A DNA stretch of 64,000 bases from Octopus sinensis (taxonomy: Eukaryota): NCBI RefSeq assembly GCF_006345805.1, contig NC_042998.1, positions 31,000,001 through 31,064,000 of the forward strand, in the 5' to 3' direction. Positions 11,615 through 24,792 of this stretch are shown here, piece by piece. The notes beneath the pieces were generated by a model. That model was given only the letters and a program-made list of their open reading frames with translations. It ran no database searches and was not told where the DNA came from. The first letter of the stretch is position 1. Each line of letters starts with the position of its first letter. A program made the translations under genes and the position numbers.

Positions 11615-13662
11615 GTAAGTAAATCTCAAAAATATTTGGTCACTTTACTGGCACCTGTGCCGGTGGCATGTGTAAAAAGATTCGAGCGAGGTCATTGCCA
11701 GTACTGCCTGACTAGCCCCCATGCTGGTGGCACGTAAAAAGCACCCACGACACTCTCGGAGTGGTTGGCGTTAGGAAGGGCATCCAGCTGTAGAAACTCT
11801 GCCAAATCAAGATTGGAGCCTGGTGCAGCCATCTGGTTCGCCAACCCTCAGTCAAAATCTTCCAACCCATGCTAGCATGGAAAGCGGACGTTAAACGATG
11901 ATGATGATGATGACGATTTCTGTTTAGTGCTTAATCAGGCAAGAGGAGACAGTAAAAATATTAACTAGTATTCCTTTCTACTAAGGCCTCAAATTTTGGG
12001 GGAATTACATCGATCCCAGTGTTGGGCAAAGTGAACCTAGCAAAACTTGAACGCAGAGTATAAAGTCAAACAAAATGTCACTGAGCTCAGTGTACCAGTG
12101 ATCTGGCCAGCTCGCTACCTTTGGTCTCAAATTTTGGCAAAGGCTGGGTGTGGGTGTTAGTCAGTTAAATTGACCCCCAACATTCAGCTGATATTTACTT
12201 TATTGACCCTGTAAAGGATGAAAGGCAGGGGTAAACTCAGCAGAATTTGAATTCAGAACATAATAATGGATGAAATGCCATCATGCATTTTGCCTGGCAT
12301 GCTAATGAGTGTGCCAGCTTTCCACCTTACACTAATTAATATTAATTGCATCTTTTGAATTATATTATTCGAGTTTTGATTTTTTTCATATATTTTTATA
12401 CCTTTCATTCAGTCCATAATTACAAAATTAAGACTACCCAGCTCAAAGTCTGATGAAAAATATTTTATATCTGTTGAAATAATTATATATCCCACAAGTT
12501 GGGATATATAATTTTGAGCATGGTTGTTGCCAGTACCGCCTGACTGGCCCTCGTGCTAGTGGCATGTAAAAGCACCCACTACACTCTCGGAGTGGTTGAC
12601 GTTAGGAAGGACATCCAGCTGTAGAAACTCTGCTAGATCAGACTGGAGCCTGGTGCAACCATCTGGTTTGCCAGTCCTCAGTCAAATTGTCCAACCCATG
12701 CCAGTATGGAAAGCGGGCATTAAACAATGATGATGATGATGAAGTTGAGTATTATAAAAATTATAACAAAATGTTTATAAGAGAGTGAATGTTTGGAATT
12801 ATTACAAGTAGAGTTCACAAAATTCCATTTCCTATAAATAGTTATACTAAACAAATTTTTTAAATGCCATCACCAAATGTCTTACTTTTTTGTGTTAGCA
12901 GTGTAATATTCTTACTTTCGAGTGATAAACTGTAGATTTTGTATTGAATTAAGAGCTAGCAGAGTAAATTATAATGCTGTAACTTACAGTGTTAGCTCTG
13001 AATTCTATAAAAATTTATAGTTTATCACTTAGAAATAAAACATAGAATACAATTAATCAGATTGTTACAGTTTACATTGAAACTCATTGTTGCAGCAGCA
13101 CAGTTAATTAAGAAAAAACTCATTTTTACAATGGAAGAAAGCTGTTTGTATTGAAAAAGTTTCAATAAAATTTGACTCTCACTCACCTAGATGGATAGAC
13201 ATGAGACTTCTGTGCCAAGTTTATACATTGTGAATGTTACCAATGACAAAAGCAATAGAAGAATTAAAAGTTTGTCTTGTGGTGAAGGTAGCTACAGCTG
13301 AGGCAAGACTTTTAGATTCTGGATGGTATGCTTAGTCTGTCATCCAACTTAACACCACTATCTGTCCTGTGGGTATTGTTAGCAAGTTCATTCTTGCAAA
13401 CATGTAGATAAAGTCTTTAGTATAAAAATATCACAAAACTCATGATTTCTTCCTACATTTTCCTTTGCACCAGTCTTTTCAAAGATCACAGGCTCACAAC
13501 TTTCACTTTTGACTTTACCATAACAAAAATTTCAAAAGATTCCCAAAATCTCTACATAACCAAATAACAAGGCAAGCTTTTTTTTCTAATCAATACTAAG
13601 CAGAATGCAGATACATTCCTACAACTTAATCTTTGCCTTTTAAAAATTTTTTTTGAAATCAG

Positions 13663-13754
13663 GGTAATTGTGTTTTACCAAGTCAATGTCCTTGCAAATA
13701 TGGAAATGTGTGGAAGCCGGCAGGAACCAAATTGGATATTGGTTGCAAAAAATT
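13663..13754 (+). CDS. Exon 5: end of TIL' and start of E'
   Basis: aaatcag / gtaagt, 92 nt, phase 0-2; GNCVLPSQCPCKYGNVWKPAGTKLDIGCKK (read by eye, too short for the ORF track). Confidence 0.9.
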
Positions 13755-15086
13755 GTAAGTACCAAAATTCTATTTAACAGCATAGCTACTTCATTTACTA
13801 AGGATTTCAATAAAATTATTAGATATGTTTTATAAAAGATGATTCTAATTTCAAGTTATAACCACTGCCCAGGTAGAGGCAATCATTTGGGTTTTGGAGC
13901 CTTTTTGACAAATTCACCCAGTTGTAAACATTGTAAACATTTGGACTAGGTTTTCAATCAGCTGACAACGTTCTTCCTTTTTCTCAACAATCATGGAGGC
14001 CCTGAAAGACATCCTGTGCGTTGCCCTTTCTCTTGTCACAAAGTGGCCAAGACTTATATAAAAACATAAGAGAAACCAAAACTCTCAAATGTCTTGATAA
14101 TTAATGAAGACTTCTGGGAATAATCAAACGGTCAGAACATCTTATGCCAAACTAAACATCTTCATTCACTCCTGTCTGATTCTCTGAACATGTCTATTTT
14201 CATCGTTAATTACAAATTCCATTTCTATTCAATATGACACTGATATTTTATAAGTATATCCTGTCTTTGTCTCACCAAACAATCAATATCCGCAAAACAA
14301 CCATTGACCCATACATCCTTTAGCCCTAGAAACACCCAATATATTTCATTAAATGCTACTTCATGCAACTCTAGTTAATTAATTTCAGCTTCACCAAATT
14401 TTGCACACATCAGCAAATGTACTATTTAATCATTATTAAAAACATATACTCAACGTATGTGATTTGCTCATTTGCATGTAGGCTGCAATTTGACACAGTG
14501 GAGGTGACTCTCTCAAAATGCCCGGCACTAAAGCACCTGAAAGTCATAGACAGGCAAGACAACTCACCCCAAATCCTATCCAGCAGTGATGGACATTGAT
14601 GTTTCACCATTCTTGTGGCTATTAGTGTCATGTACCTGGAAGCAAGCTGAATAGCCTGTAAATGATTATATGTATCCATCAGCTGCTATGCCCCGATTTT
14701 GTATCCATAGGAATAGATTCAAATATTTGGCTACATATATATATATATATATAAATACAAACTGGGACAAGAACGTAAGACATTTAGAAGACAATACAAA
14801 AAACACAGACGGGACATTCGAAGCCTTCAATCTTCAGTCAAGAACCGGATCATCCTCGCAATTTCGTCTGATTAATCTTGAGATTGCTCCGATCTGGCCA
14901 GCCCCAAAGAAAAATCTAAGCCAAGCACATTAGATTCCTTGGAAGAAAGCCTCGAATGTATACAAAACAGGGACGGAAAAATGGACAATGTTACACAAAT
15001 AAGAATACAAAAATACGTAAAAACAATAATGATAATAATAATAACAAAAACAGGACGTCACAGGCAGGTGTCTTTCGACAGGAATA

Positions 15087-15131
<45 letters not shown>

Positions 15132-15260
15132 AGTGAATTGAAGAAATGGAGTTGAACGAAGATTGAACAGAAATCGTTTGGCCATGGGCTCTTAGGAGCC
15201 TCGTTCGATTTGTTTTGCTCCGCCTCTGTTCTGTTTTTGTTTTTTCCAACGGATTTCCTA

Positions 15261-15346
15261 TTTCTTCCTGAAGAGAAAGACACAATATGGTCTCCTTATT
15301 CAATCGGAATTTGGTAAATTGTGGCTTTCGAAACACGTGTAGAATG
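15261..15346 (+). ncRNA. Minimal type I hammerhead ribozyme motif, probably from a Penelope-like pLTR
   Basis: CUGAAGA (15268-74); 11/12-bp stem II closed by G-C; GAA; stem III AC-ACGU-GU; cleavage triplet GUA (15339-41); 3-bp stem I UUC/GAA; AATAAA just downstream. Confidence 0.7.
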
Positions 15347-15580
15347 CAATAAAACGATTTCTGTTCAATCTTCGTTCAACTCCATTTCTTCAATTCACTA
15401 ATAATATTATAATTCAATTATCCACACCAACGCATGGTTGCAACACCATATGGTTGTACCTCCAACCGTGCTGTCTTCTGCTGTGATTTTTGCTACCAAG
15501 GTATCGGTTAAACTTTTGATTAATCTGCAACAAGATTATTCATCTTTCTATTTCACAAAATATATATATATATATATATA

Positions 15581-16374
15581 CAGGGGTTGGACAAAATAAT
15601 GGAAACACATAGCATCATAATTTTGAAATATCTATAAAACAGTCAAAAGCTTGTTTCACTATTATTACTTTCTAAAACAAAGGTTGCAAAGCATTTAGAG
15701 TGGAGTAAAAACCTACAGAATTCATCCCTAGAGCAGTGGAAGAATGTTGTTTTCTTGGACAAATCATCCTTTACCTGATTTCTGATCACCAGTCAAGTAT
15801 ACATGTGGAGACAGCCAAAAGAAGCATTTGACCCAGACTGTATTCTTCCAACTGTTAAACATGGAGGAGGATCTGTGATGATCTGGGGCAGCTATATCTT
15901 GGAAATCTGCCGGCCCAATGATTTCCCTTCATGGCAGACTATTAAAGCATTTTATCTCATCAAATTCATCCTATGGTTGCGGAACTGTTTCCGGAGGGAA
16001 ACACAATCTTTCGGGCTGATAATGCTCCAATTCACACAGCTAAAGTTGTTACTGAATGGCACGAGGAACATTCTAGTGAAGTTGAACATCTTATTTGGCC
16101 ACTACAGTCCCCAGATCTCAATATTATTGAACATTTATGATGCATTTTAGAAAAACAAGTAAGGAATTGATATCCTCCACCATCATCACTACAAGAACTG
16201 GAGACTGTTTTAGCTGAAGAATGGACAAAAATTCCTTTGGAAACAATTCAAACTTTGTACGAGTCCATATCTTGTAGAATTCAAGCTGTAATTACTGCCA
16301 AAGGCGGTCCTACCCCATATTAAAATAAATTTGTTTGAAATTTTAAGATGTTTCCATTATTTCATCCAACCCCA

Positions 16375-16375
<1 letters not shown>
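15581..16375 (+). mobile_element. Tc1-like element relic
   Basis: TIR caggggttggacaaaataatggaaaca / tgtttccattatttcatccaacccc inside (TA)n; PTVKHGGGSVMIWG, DNAPIH, SPDLNIIEH. Confidence 0.88.
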
Positions 16376-16428
<53 letters not shown>

Positions 16429-16468
16429 TCATCATTGTTTAACATCTGTTTTCCATGGTAGCATGGGT

Positions 16469-16501
<33 letters not shown>

Positions 16502-17608
16502 ATGATCATTTAACCTGATGCCAACCACTTTACAGAGGATACTGGGTGCTTTTACTGACTCCAGTACAGGTGCTTTTTACATAGCACCAGCACCCATGAG
16601 CCTACAAGATTAGCAACACTCAGCTGATTTTACTTTGCTTGGTGTTTCTTCTCAAGCACCGTGCAAATTGCCAAGAGTCTCAGTCCCCTGTCATCCCCTC
16701 TGTGAAGACATCTGTAGAGCCTTTCTCATCACTTCAGCCCACATCTTCCTGAGCCTATCCCTCCCATATATTCCTCTACGATTAGAAATCAGCACCTCTT
16801 GATGCAACTGTCTTCATTCATACACATCACATGACCACACCAGCACAGTCTTCTCTCTTGCATCCTACAACTGATACCTCATATACCCAGTTTTTCTCTC
16901 AGATCACTTACATTCTGTCATATATGCACACTGACTTTATTCCTCCTGTGAAGTATACTGGCTTCATTCCCTTCAAGCCTTTGCATATCCCCTGTAATCA
17001 CAGACTGTCTCACTGTCGTGTAGCATAGCTGTTCGTACACAGGCATCATACAATCTGCCTTCCACTCTGAGAGGGGAGTCATTCATTACTAACAGAGGTA
17101 GTAGCTCTCTGAACTTTACCCAACCTATTCTTATTCTAGCAGCTAGGCTTTCAGAGCATCCTCCACCACTGCTAACTTGGTCACCTAAATAATGGAAACT
17201 ATCTACTACTTCAAAGGATCCCTACTGACATTGGAGGGTGTCTATTTTTTTTATACATTCCTTGTGTTTAATGTACCTGCTCGTCTGCCACATGTAAAGA
17301 CTCTGCTAGTCTTCCAACGATACTGCTGCACCTCTTATGTGTCCATAGCTTGCGCTGGGTACACCGTATGCAGTTTCTCTTGACACCTTTTCTACATATC
17401 AAGCAGGGCCATCTCCTCTAAGGGATCTGTGATTTGTCTTTATCCTTGAACTAAGAAAAACAGTTTGATGAAGTAATCATCCTTATTTGCCAATTGCTTT
17501 CCAATAGAATTATCAAGCAAAGCACACAATTTCATTTTGCTTTATCTCAAATTCAACAGTGAAATTCTATACTCTTGATTTCATTTATATTTTTTTTTGG
17601 TATTTTAG

Positions 17609-17661
17609 AGAATGTATGAATTCAGTATGGCAGCAGAGGAATACTCCAGAAGACTGTCCAG
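17609..17661 (+). CDS. Exon 6: end of E'
   Basis: tattttag / gttagt, 53 nt, phase 2-1; LECMNSVWQQRNTPEDCP; bridges the phases of exons 5 and 7 exactly. Confidence 0.85.
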
Positions 17662-18719
17662 GTTAGTTTGTTAATTGCATAAAAAAACATACAATAATTT
17701 TTTTTTAAGCCCAAGTTTTAAAAATTTTGCTCCTTAATTGATAAAAATCAGTAACTCTAAAATTTCTTCAGCTTATCATCATCTACAATTTTGAAAATCA
17801 CTGGTACTAATATCCTTATACTCATATATCTCTAATGATGTGAGAACTATTTAGATTGGTGGGGAAACAAATTGTCTAAGCAAAATATGCTCATTAATTC
17901 TATTCTAGATGTCACCTGCACACAGGTAGATGCTAGGAGTGCCACAGTACTGAGGGCTGGGAAGTCTATGCACCTTGACTAATATAATTTCATCATATTT
18001 AAATAGAGGTAGAAGCCCACTTCTTTGATGCAGCACTATGGCTTGTTGGCAACAGAAATGACCCTGCTGAAACATTGTTATAATCAATAGATTCCATTAG
18101 CCTGGATTGTCTTTGACAATACATACTCTCTTTACTCTTTTACTTGTTTCAGTCATTTGACTGCGGCCATGCTGGAGCACCGCCTTTAATCGAGCAACTC
18201 GACCCCAGGACTTATTCTTTTTGTAAGCCTAGTACTTATTCTATCGGTCTCTTTTGCCGAACTGCTAAGTAACGGGGACATAAACACACCAGCATCGGTT
18301 GTCAAGCAATGCTAGGGGGACAAACACAGACACACAAACAAACATACATACATATATATATATATATACGACAGGCTTCTTTCAGTTTCCGTCTACCAAA
18401 TCCACTCACAAGGCATTGGTCGGCCCGGGGCTATAGCAGAAGACACTTGCCCAAGATGCTACGCAGTGGGACTGAACCCAGAACCATGTGGCTGGTTAGC
18501 AAGCTACTTACCACACAGCCACTCCTGCGCATACATGAAAATTATTCTTTTATTTGTATTCTAATAACTAAACATGCCAACTGGTTCGAGAATCAATCAG
18601 GCAACTGTGAGCATAACAACCTAAACACTTGGCCACATGCTTCATGTCGAAATATGATGAAAGGAAAATTTCCCAATTAACCTCACTACCACAAGTGCAT
18701 TTGCACTTAAACTGAAAAG

Positions 18720-19400
18720 AAGTGTCAATATTTTGTGGAGGCTGAGTAACCTTTTGACTCTGAATTGAGGGGCCAGTTATTGAGATGTAGTCTGAATTAT
18801 GTTAAGGAGGTATTTTTGTCAGAAGAGATCCTTAGTGTTAAGAAGACCAAACAATTGGAGTGGTTTTGTGGACTCTAGTTGAGTGGAGATTATGATTGAA
18901 GGAGAGAAATGTCGTGTGATAAGGTTTTCTTTATATGACTAGTATATGTATTTCCTTGTTCTTGAAAAAAACAAAATTGGCATATCTCTATTGGAAAATA
19001 TTTTCAAGGTCTCTGTTCATGGAGTGCATGGGAGTTGGTGTGTGGAATTGACCCATTGAAAGTGGAAGACACATGGCCGGATGTATTAGGAAAGAATGAA
19101 GTTTAGTGTCATCTGCATAAGTGTGGGTGTAGTTGGATGTGGGGATAAGTCAATGGTGTAAAGAAATAGGGTAACAAAAGTAAAGTTTAGGGCATGCCAT
19201 AGTTGATAGTATGAGGGATAGAAAAAGCTTTATCAATAGACAATGATAGTGAAATGTAATTCAAATGATGAGAGACAGACAGTTTTGAAAGGAGAGTTAC
19301 ATGCCAGACATGGTTGAAAGCTTTGTTGATGTCCAAAATGACAACTTTGCTTTTGATAAAACTTCTCCAAAGGATAAGCCCACCGGTTGGTTTTATGGAA
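18720..19400 (-). mobile_element. CR1/L2/Jockey-group LINE RT relic
   Basis: DINKAFNHVWH at 19316-19333 and YADDT at 19105-19119 on the minus strand; frameshifted. Confidence 0.65.
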
Positions 19401-19419
19401 ATGCCAGGGGCATAACCAG

Positions 19420-20025
19420 CCCACTTTTGTGTACCTTTTCATTTTTTGGACACTAAAACTCTGCTTGCAAAGACCTGTTGAGGCAAGTGAAATCAAAATC
19501 AAATTCGATGACTGGCGTCCATGCTAGCAGAGTGCAAAGAGCACCATATGAGTGAGATTGTTGTCGGAGCAGCTAACCAGCTTCCGTGCCAGTGGCACAT
19601 AAAAGGCACCATTTCAGTGTGATCGCCTTACTGGCACTCAAGCCCCGTGCTAGTAGGGTGTTATAAACACCATCCGAGCGTGATCGTTGCCAGAGCAGCT
19701 ATCTGGCCTCCATGCCGGTGGCAAGTAAAAGACACCATTCAAGCGTGATCATTACCAGCATCGCCTTACTGGCACCTGTGCCGGTGGCATGTGTAAAAGA
19801 TTCGAGCGAGGTTGTTGCCAGTACCACCTAACTGGCCCCCGTACCAGTGACATGTTAAAGCACCCACTACACTCTTGGAGTGGTTGGCGTTAGGAAGGGC
19901 ATCCAGCTGCAGAAACTCTGCCAGATCAAGATTGAAGCCTGGTGCAGCCATCTGGTTCACCAGCCTTCAGTCAAATCAGCCAACCCATGCTAGCATTGAA
20001 AGCGGACGTTAAACGATGATGATGA
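19420..20025 (+). repeat. RTE 3'UTR remnant, longest of about 15
   Basis: 5' part aligns to 29560-29640. Other remnants: 5290-5595, 7800-7950(-), 10840-11360, 11640-11915, 12520-12740, 16420-16600(-), 24255-24580, 45153-45385, 47449-47486, 49490-49790, 62325-62520(-). Confidence 0.85.
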
Positions 20026-20265
20026 TTAACGAAAATGATGAAGACAATAAACGTATATGTAAATATATATATATATATATATATATTAAAAATGATGTAG
20101 TTTTACCAATGTGTCGAAAATAAACACTTTTGTGAAATGTGTTCCATCTGATCCAGCCTTACCCAAAATATATATTAAAATGTATGTATGTAATATCCCA
20201 CACAACCATATATATATAAAGTTTGCTAAACCAAATTGTAAACAAGCATTATATTTCTATTTCAG

Positions 20266-20607
20266 CTGAATGTTGGACATCTGGTGCATCTCACTACTCT
20301 ACATACGATGGTCTTCACTACTCCTTTGAAAGCGATTGTGCATATACCTTTACAGAATCATTGGATGGAACATTTAAAGTTATTGTCAGGAATATTGAAT
20401 GCAACTTCCCGTTTACATATTGCACAAAGAATGTTGAGTTAAAAATCTTCAACAAAACCATTCACTTTGTACAAGGAAAGCCACCAACCTTTGATGGCAC
20501 GGATATTTCTGATAGAGGTCTTGTCAGAAATAATTTTTCAGTGAAGGCAACCGAATTCACTTATATAGTTCATACAAGTATAGGTTTTACACTTACATGG
20601 GATAAAG
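20266..20607 (+). CDS. Exon 7: N-terminal part of VWD (D3)
   Basis: atttcag / gtaagg, 342 nt, phase 1-1; AECWTSGASHYSTYDGLHYSFESDCAY matches C..G..HY.TFDG..Y.F...C.Y. Confidence 0.95.
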
Positions 20608-20706
20608 GTAAGGAAACTTTGAAATTTATTAGAAAGAATGTGAGAGATAGAATGGATAACCAGCTTTGACATGCATATGTTATTATCTTATATTTATACA
20701 TATTAG

Positions 20707-20903
20707 GTACTAGACTTTATGTCCAACTGAGCGAGGAATGGGCTGGAAAAGTACAAGGTCTGTGTGGCAACAGAGATCAGGATTCTACAAATGACTTTCT
20801 AACAAGATCCAATTCAAATGAAAAAGTACCTTCTGAATTTGCCCATACTTGGAGAGTTAATGACTGCCTAAAGCCTCCTTCAACTTTGATAGATGCTTGT
20901 GAG
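20707..20903 (+). CDS. Exon 8: C-terminal part of VWD (D3)
   Basis: tattag / gtatgt, 197 nt, phase 1-0; (WDK)GTRLYVQLSEEWAGKVQGLCGNRDQDSTNDF...W...C. Confidence 0.94.
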
Positions 20904-21699
20904 GTATGTCAAAATATATTCTTTTCATTTAAAAAAAAATTTTTTTTTTATTGTAGCATAAGCTGTTTGACCAATAATTTGAGGTGGAATTTCATAGATG
21001 GAAACTGTGTGGATACTCGTTGCATGTACAACTCATTAACTTTTATTGGACTTCATAGTTCGATATTATGAAAAAAGAAATTCAAATTAAAGAAAAAAAA
21101 ATCTTACTTGAGATTTACAGTTAGGATCAATTCTTAAGAATTTACCTTGTTATTAAAATCATAGACTCTCTAAAGAATATTTACAAATACCTCTTTGTTT
21201 TAATGGATTTGAGAAAACATGAAATATGTTAAACAACATGGTCTTATCCAAGTGTCTATATAACAATTTTAAAGTTATTTACTTTCCAAATGTTCATGAT
21301 TTTTCACAATAGCACACCTTCTAGTTGGATATAAGCTGTTCAAATACCAACACAAAGATGTAGAAAAATTTACTTTTGTCTTAATTCATTAACTGGGTTA
21401 AATATTTTCTATGATTTTGTAGTGAATTGAAAGAGTTCATGTTAAACATAACCCTTAGAATAAATTCAATTAAGTGCCATTAGAAGTCACTGAGTTGGTA
21501 AATGTTTTTCTTTAAAAGTATTGCAGTATTTAGCTTTATCTCTCTAAACTCTTAATTTAGATTATGCTGAAGTCAATTTTGTATTTATCTAAGATCAATA
21601 AAACTGAGCATCAGTAAAACAAGATAGTTAATCCAGTTGACTGTGTTCTCTTCTTTGCACTCAAGTTATGATTCAGTTTTGATAGGAAACTTTCTTTAA

Positions 21700-21944
21700 C
21701 CCATTCATGTCAATTGTCCATTTGAACTGACACTTAATTTATAAGGATATAAAACAAATACTTGATACAAATTGTGATTTGCGTATGATCTGTATCAAAG
21801 AATGAAACATGTTCTTAACGCGTATGCAGTCTGCATCAAATGGGTTTCAAAGAAATTGTTTCCAGCTGTTATTTAAGTCAAAATAATAGAATCTGTGAAT
21901 TTTCAGGCAATTTCATTCACTAGAAAAATTTCAGCACAAATGGG
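21700..21944. mobile_element. Possible unrelated piggyBac-type MITE
   Basis: TTAA-CCCATT...AATGGG-TTAA, only 6 bp of terminal symmetry. Confidence 0.35.
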
Positions 21945-23385
21945 TTAAACAATGTCAAACATAGTCACTGGAATTTGAAGGTATTTTTGGTGGTTTGGGT
22001 TACCAAGAAAGAATCCAGCAAATGCCAAAACTCAGGCATGCTATTAGTAAACTGGTCGTTGCAGAAAAATTCTGTTTCAAACTGAGATTGCTTGAAAACA
22101 GTCTGTAAAAGAACAGCAATAGGAAACAAAAGAAACGGGAACGAATGTATGAGAAAAAGAAAAAGGGGAAAATATTATAGTATTGGAAGCAGAGATAAGA
22201 GTTGATTGTATTTATCCGATGGAGATCAATGAAAACTATGACATCAATGTGATATCAATTGAGGATGCTGCCATTTGGAGACCAAATAATTACAACTGAT
22301 CCCACCTGTCCAACACATTCCATGTGCCCTTACAAGTGAAGAAACTTTGAAAGTGGTAGTATTTCCATTGTTGCAGGTGTGTGTGATGTGCCAACCACTG
22401 CAATGAAAGGTCCATTTGTCTGTGACTCCAAGAAGCTCACACACCAGTTAATTGCAAGATCATGGCATGGTGTAATCTAGTTTTAAATGACAAGAACTTG
22501 AACAACATCATTCATGTTCCATTATCTCTAATCAGCTGGATCCAATGGCAAGACACAATCAGGATGGTGGAGATGAGACTGAATACAGAAATAACCAGAC
22601 TTAACAGCGTTGAACAATAAAAACTATATGCCAGAATACTATGTCAGAATTGTTTCCCTTAGCTTTATGCTACATCCTAACTCTCACTACCCGATGAGTG
22701 CCAGGTGTAGGTGGAGAGCTGGCAGAAACGTTAGCAAGCCGGGCGAAATGCGTAGCCGTATTTCGTCTGCCATTATGTTCTGAGTTCAAATTCCGCCGAG
22801 GTCGACTTTGCCTTTCATCCTTTCGGGGTTGATAAATTGAGTACCAGTTACGCACTGGGGTCGATGTAATCGACTTAATCCCTTTGTCTGTTCTTGTTTG
22901 TTCTCTCTGTGTTTATCCTCTTGTGGGTAGTAACGAAATAGGTGTAGACGTGTAGATGATGAATAACTGAATGAAAAAATGTAAATGGAGCAATGTCACC
23001 AAGAGTGATTGTGGAGAAGTTAAACAGAATGCAAACAAAATAAATGTAAGCTAAGGGTGAGGGATGATAGCAGGAAAAATTGAGTTAAACAAGGGAAACA
23101 TTATTCAATCAGCCCCTCTTGATGTACAAGTTTCACAATAAGAAAATAAATTCATGTTCCTGGTGAACTGACGGAATTGTCAGAACATGGGATAAAATGC
23201 CTAATGATTTTTGTTCAATTTCTCTGTGCCCCGAGTTTGAATCTTGTCAAGGTCAATCTTCTAGGATTGATAAAATATCTGTAAAATATTGGAGTTGGTT
23301 CTTGTTTCTCTTACTTTTGAAATTAATTACATATCATATATGTAATTGTGCCATATGAGATTACTCACAGTATTCTTTTCTCTAT

Positions 23386-23700
23386 GGAGGCACATGGTCT
23401 AGTGGCTAGAGCATCGGATTTGCAGTCGAAGGATTGTGGGTTTGAATCTCAGACTGGGCATTGTGTGTGTTTATGAGTGAAACACCTAAGCTTCACACAG
23501 CTCCAATAGAAGGTAATGGCAAACTTCTGCTGACTCTTTCGCCACAACTTTCTCTCACTTTTTCTTCCTGCATCCAGCAGCTCACCTGTGACAGAGTGGC
23601 GTCCCATTCAGGTGGGGAACCTATATACCAATGAAACCGGGAAACCAACCCTTATGAGCCAGACATGGCTCAAGAAGGAACAAATAATCCTTTTCTCCAG
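23386..23700 (+). mobile_element. tRNA-headed SINE with a V-domain-like core
   Basis: A box tggtctagtgg, B box ggtttgaatc; core cctgtgacagagtggcgtcccattcagg resembles the V-SINE core as recalled. Confidence 0.6.
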
Positions 23701-24792
23701 TAATGGAGAAAGATTGAGTTTTGGAAGCTAGCAGCCTCTTCTTGTAGAAAAACTGAGATGCTATTGAAACCATCTAAGGACAGTTCAATGTGCAGTTCAG
23801 CCCAGAATGGAAATAAAGATAACAGAATGGTTATAAATATTACATGACCTACAGTATAAAGTGACAGCAAAACCTAAAAACTGGCTTAGCAAGGTGAAGT
23901 GAAAGGCTCAACCTATGTTTAGAGAGCTCTTGATAACTCCTATGTTCAGCAAAGTTTTTGCATATGATTATCCATATTTTAACATCTTTCATTGGTACAG
24001 AAAATTTTGCAAACAGTGCAATAAATGTAAAAAGTGAGGTTTTGAGTGACACAAGGGTTAGCATAAAAAATTTTAAACTATTTAAAAATATAAATTTGTA
24101 TAAATGGTACAAGTTCTCTACTCATGAATAGATATCATATCAAATAACCTATCAGCTAAGCTGAAATATTTTGTCATAAAATATTATTTATGTACAAGAA
24201 TTTCATGGGATATTAATACTTTTATCAATTTTTTCTAGATATTAATTTTTTTGGCACTTGTGCCCGTGCTAGTAGGGTGCCAAGAGCACCATCCGAGCAT
24301 GATCATTGCCAGAGCAGCCAACTGGCTCCGTGCCAGTGGCACGTAAAAGGGCACCATTCGAGCGTGATCGTTACCAACGTCACCTTACTGATGGCATGTG
24401 TAAAAAGATTGAAACGGGGTCATTGCCAGTACCACCTGACTGGCCACCATGCCGGTGGCACATAAAAAGCACCCACTACACTCTCGGAGTGGTTGGCGTT
24501 AGGAAGGGCATCCAGCTGTAGAATCTCTGCCAAATCCAGATTGGAGCCTGGTGCAGCCGCCTGGTTCACCAGCCCTCAGTCAAAATTGTCCAACCCATGT
24601 TAACATGGAAGGCGGACGTTAAACGATGATGATGATGATGATAAATTGTAATGGAAAATGTTACTTCTGTATTTCATGAATTATTTCATATCGGGTTGAA
24701 AATATATGAAAATGGAAGATAATTCAGTTTATAAATCAAATAGTCTGCTAATGTTTTTAATAATATTCCTTTTAATACATTTTGAAATTCAG

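Noticed and set aside
23386-23460. tRNA gene (also the SINE heads near 2908, 18530, 37172)
   Set aside because: The cloverleaf is degenerate and runs into SINE body sequence.
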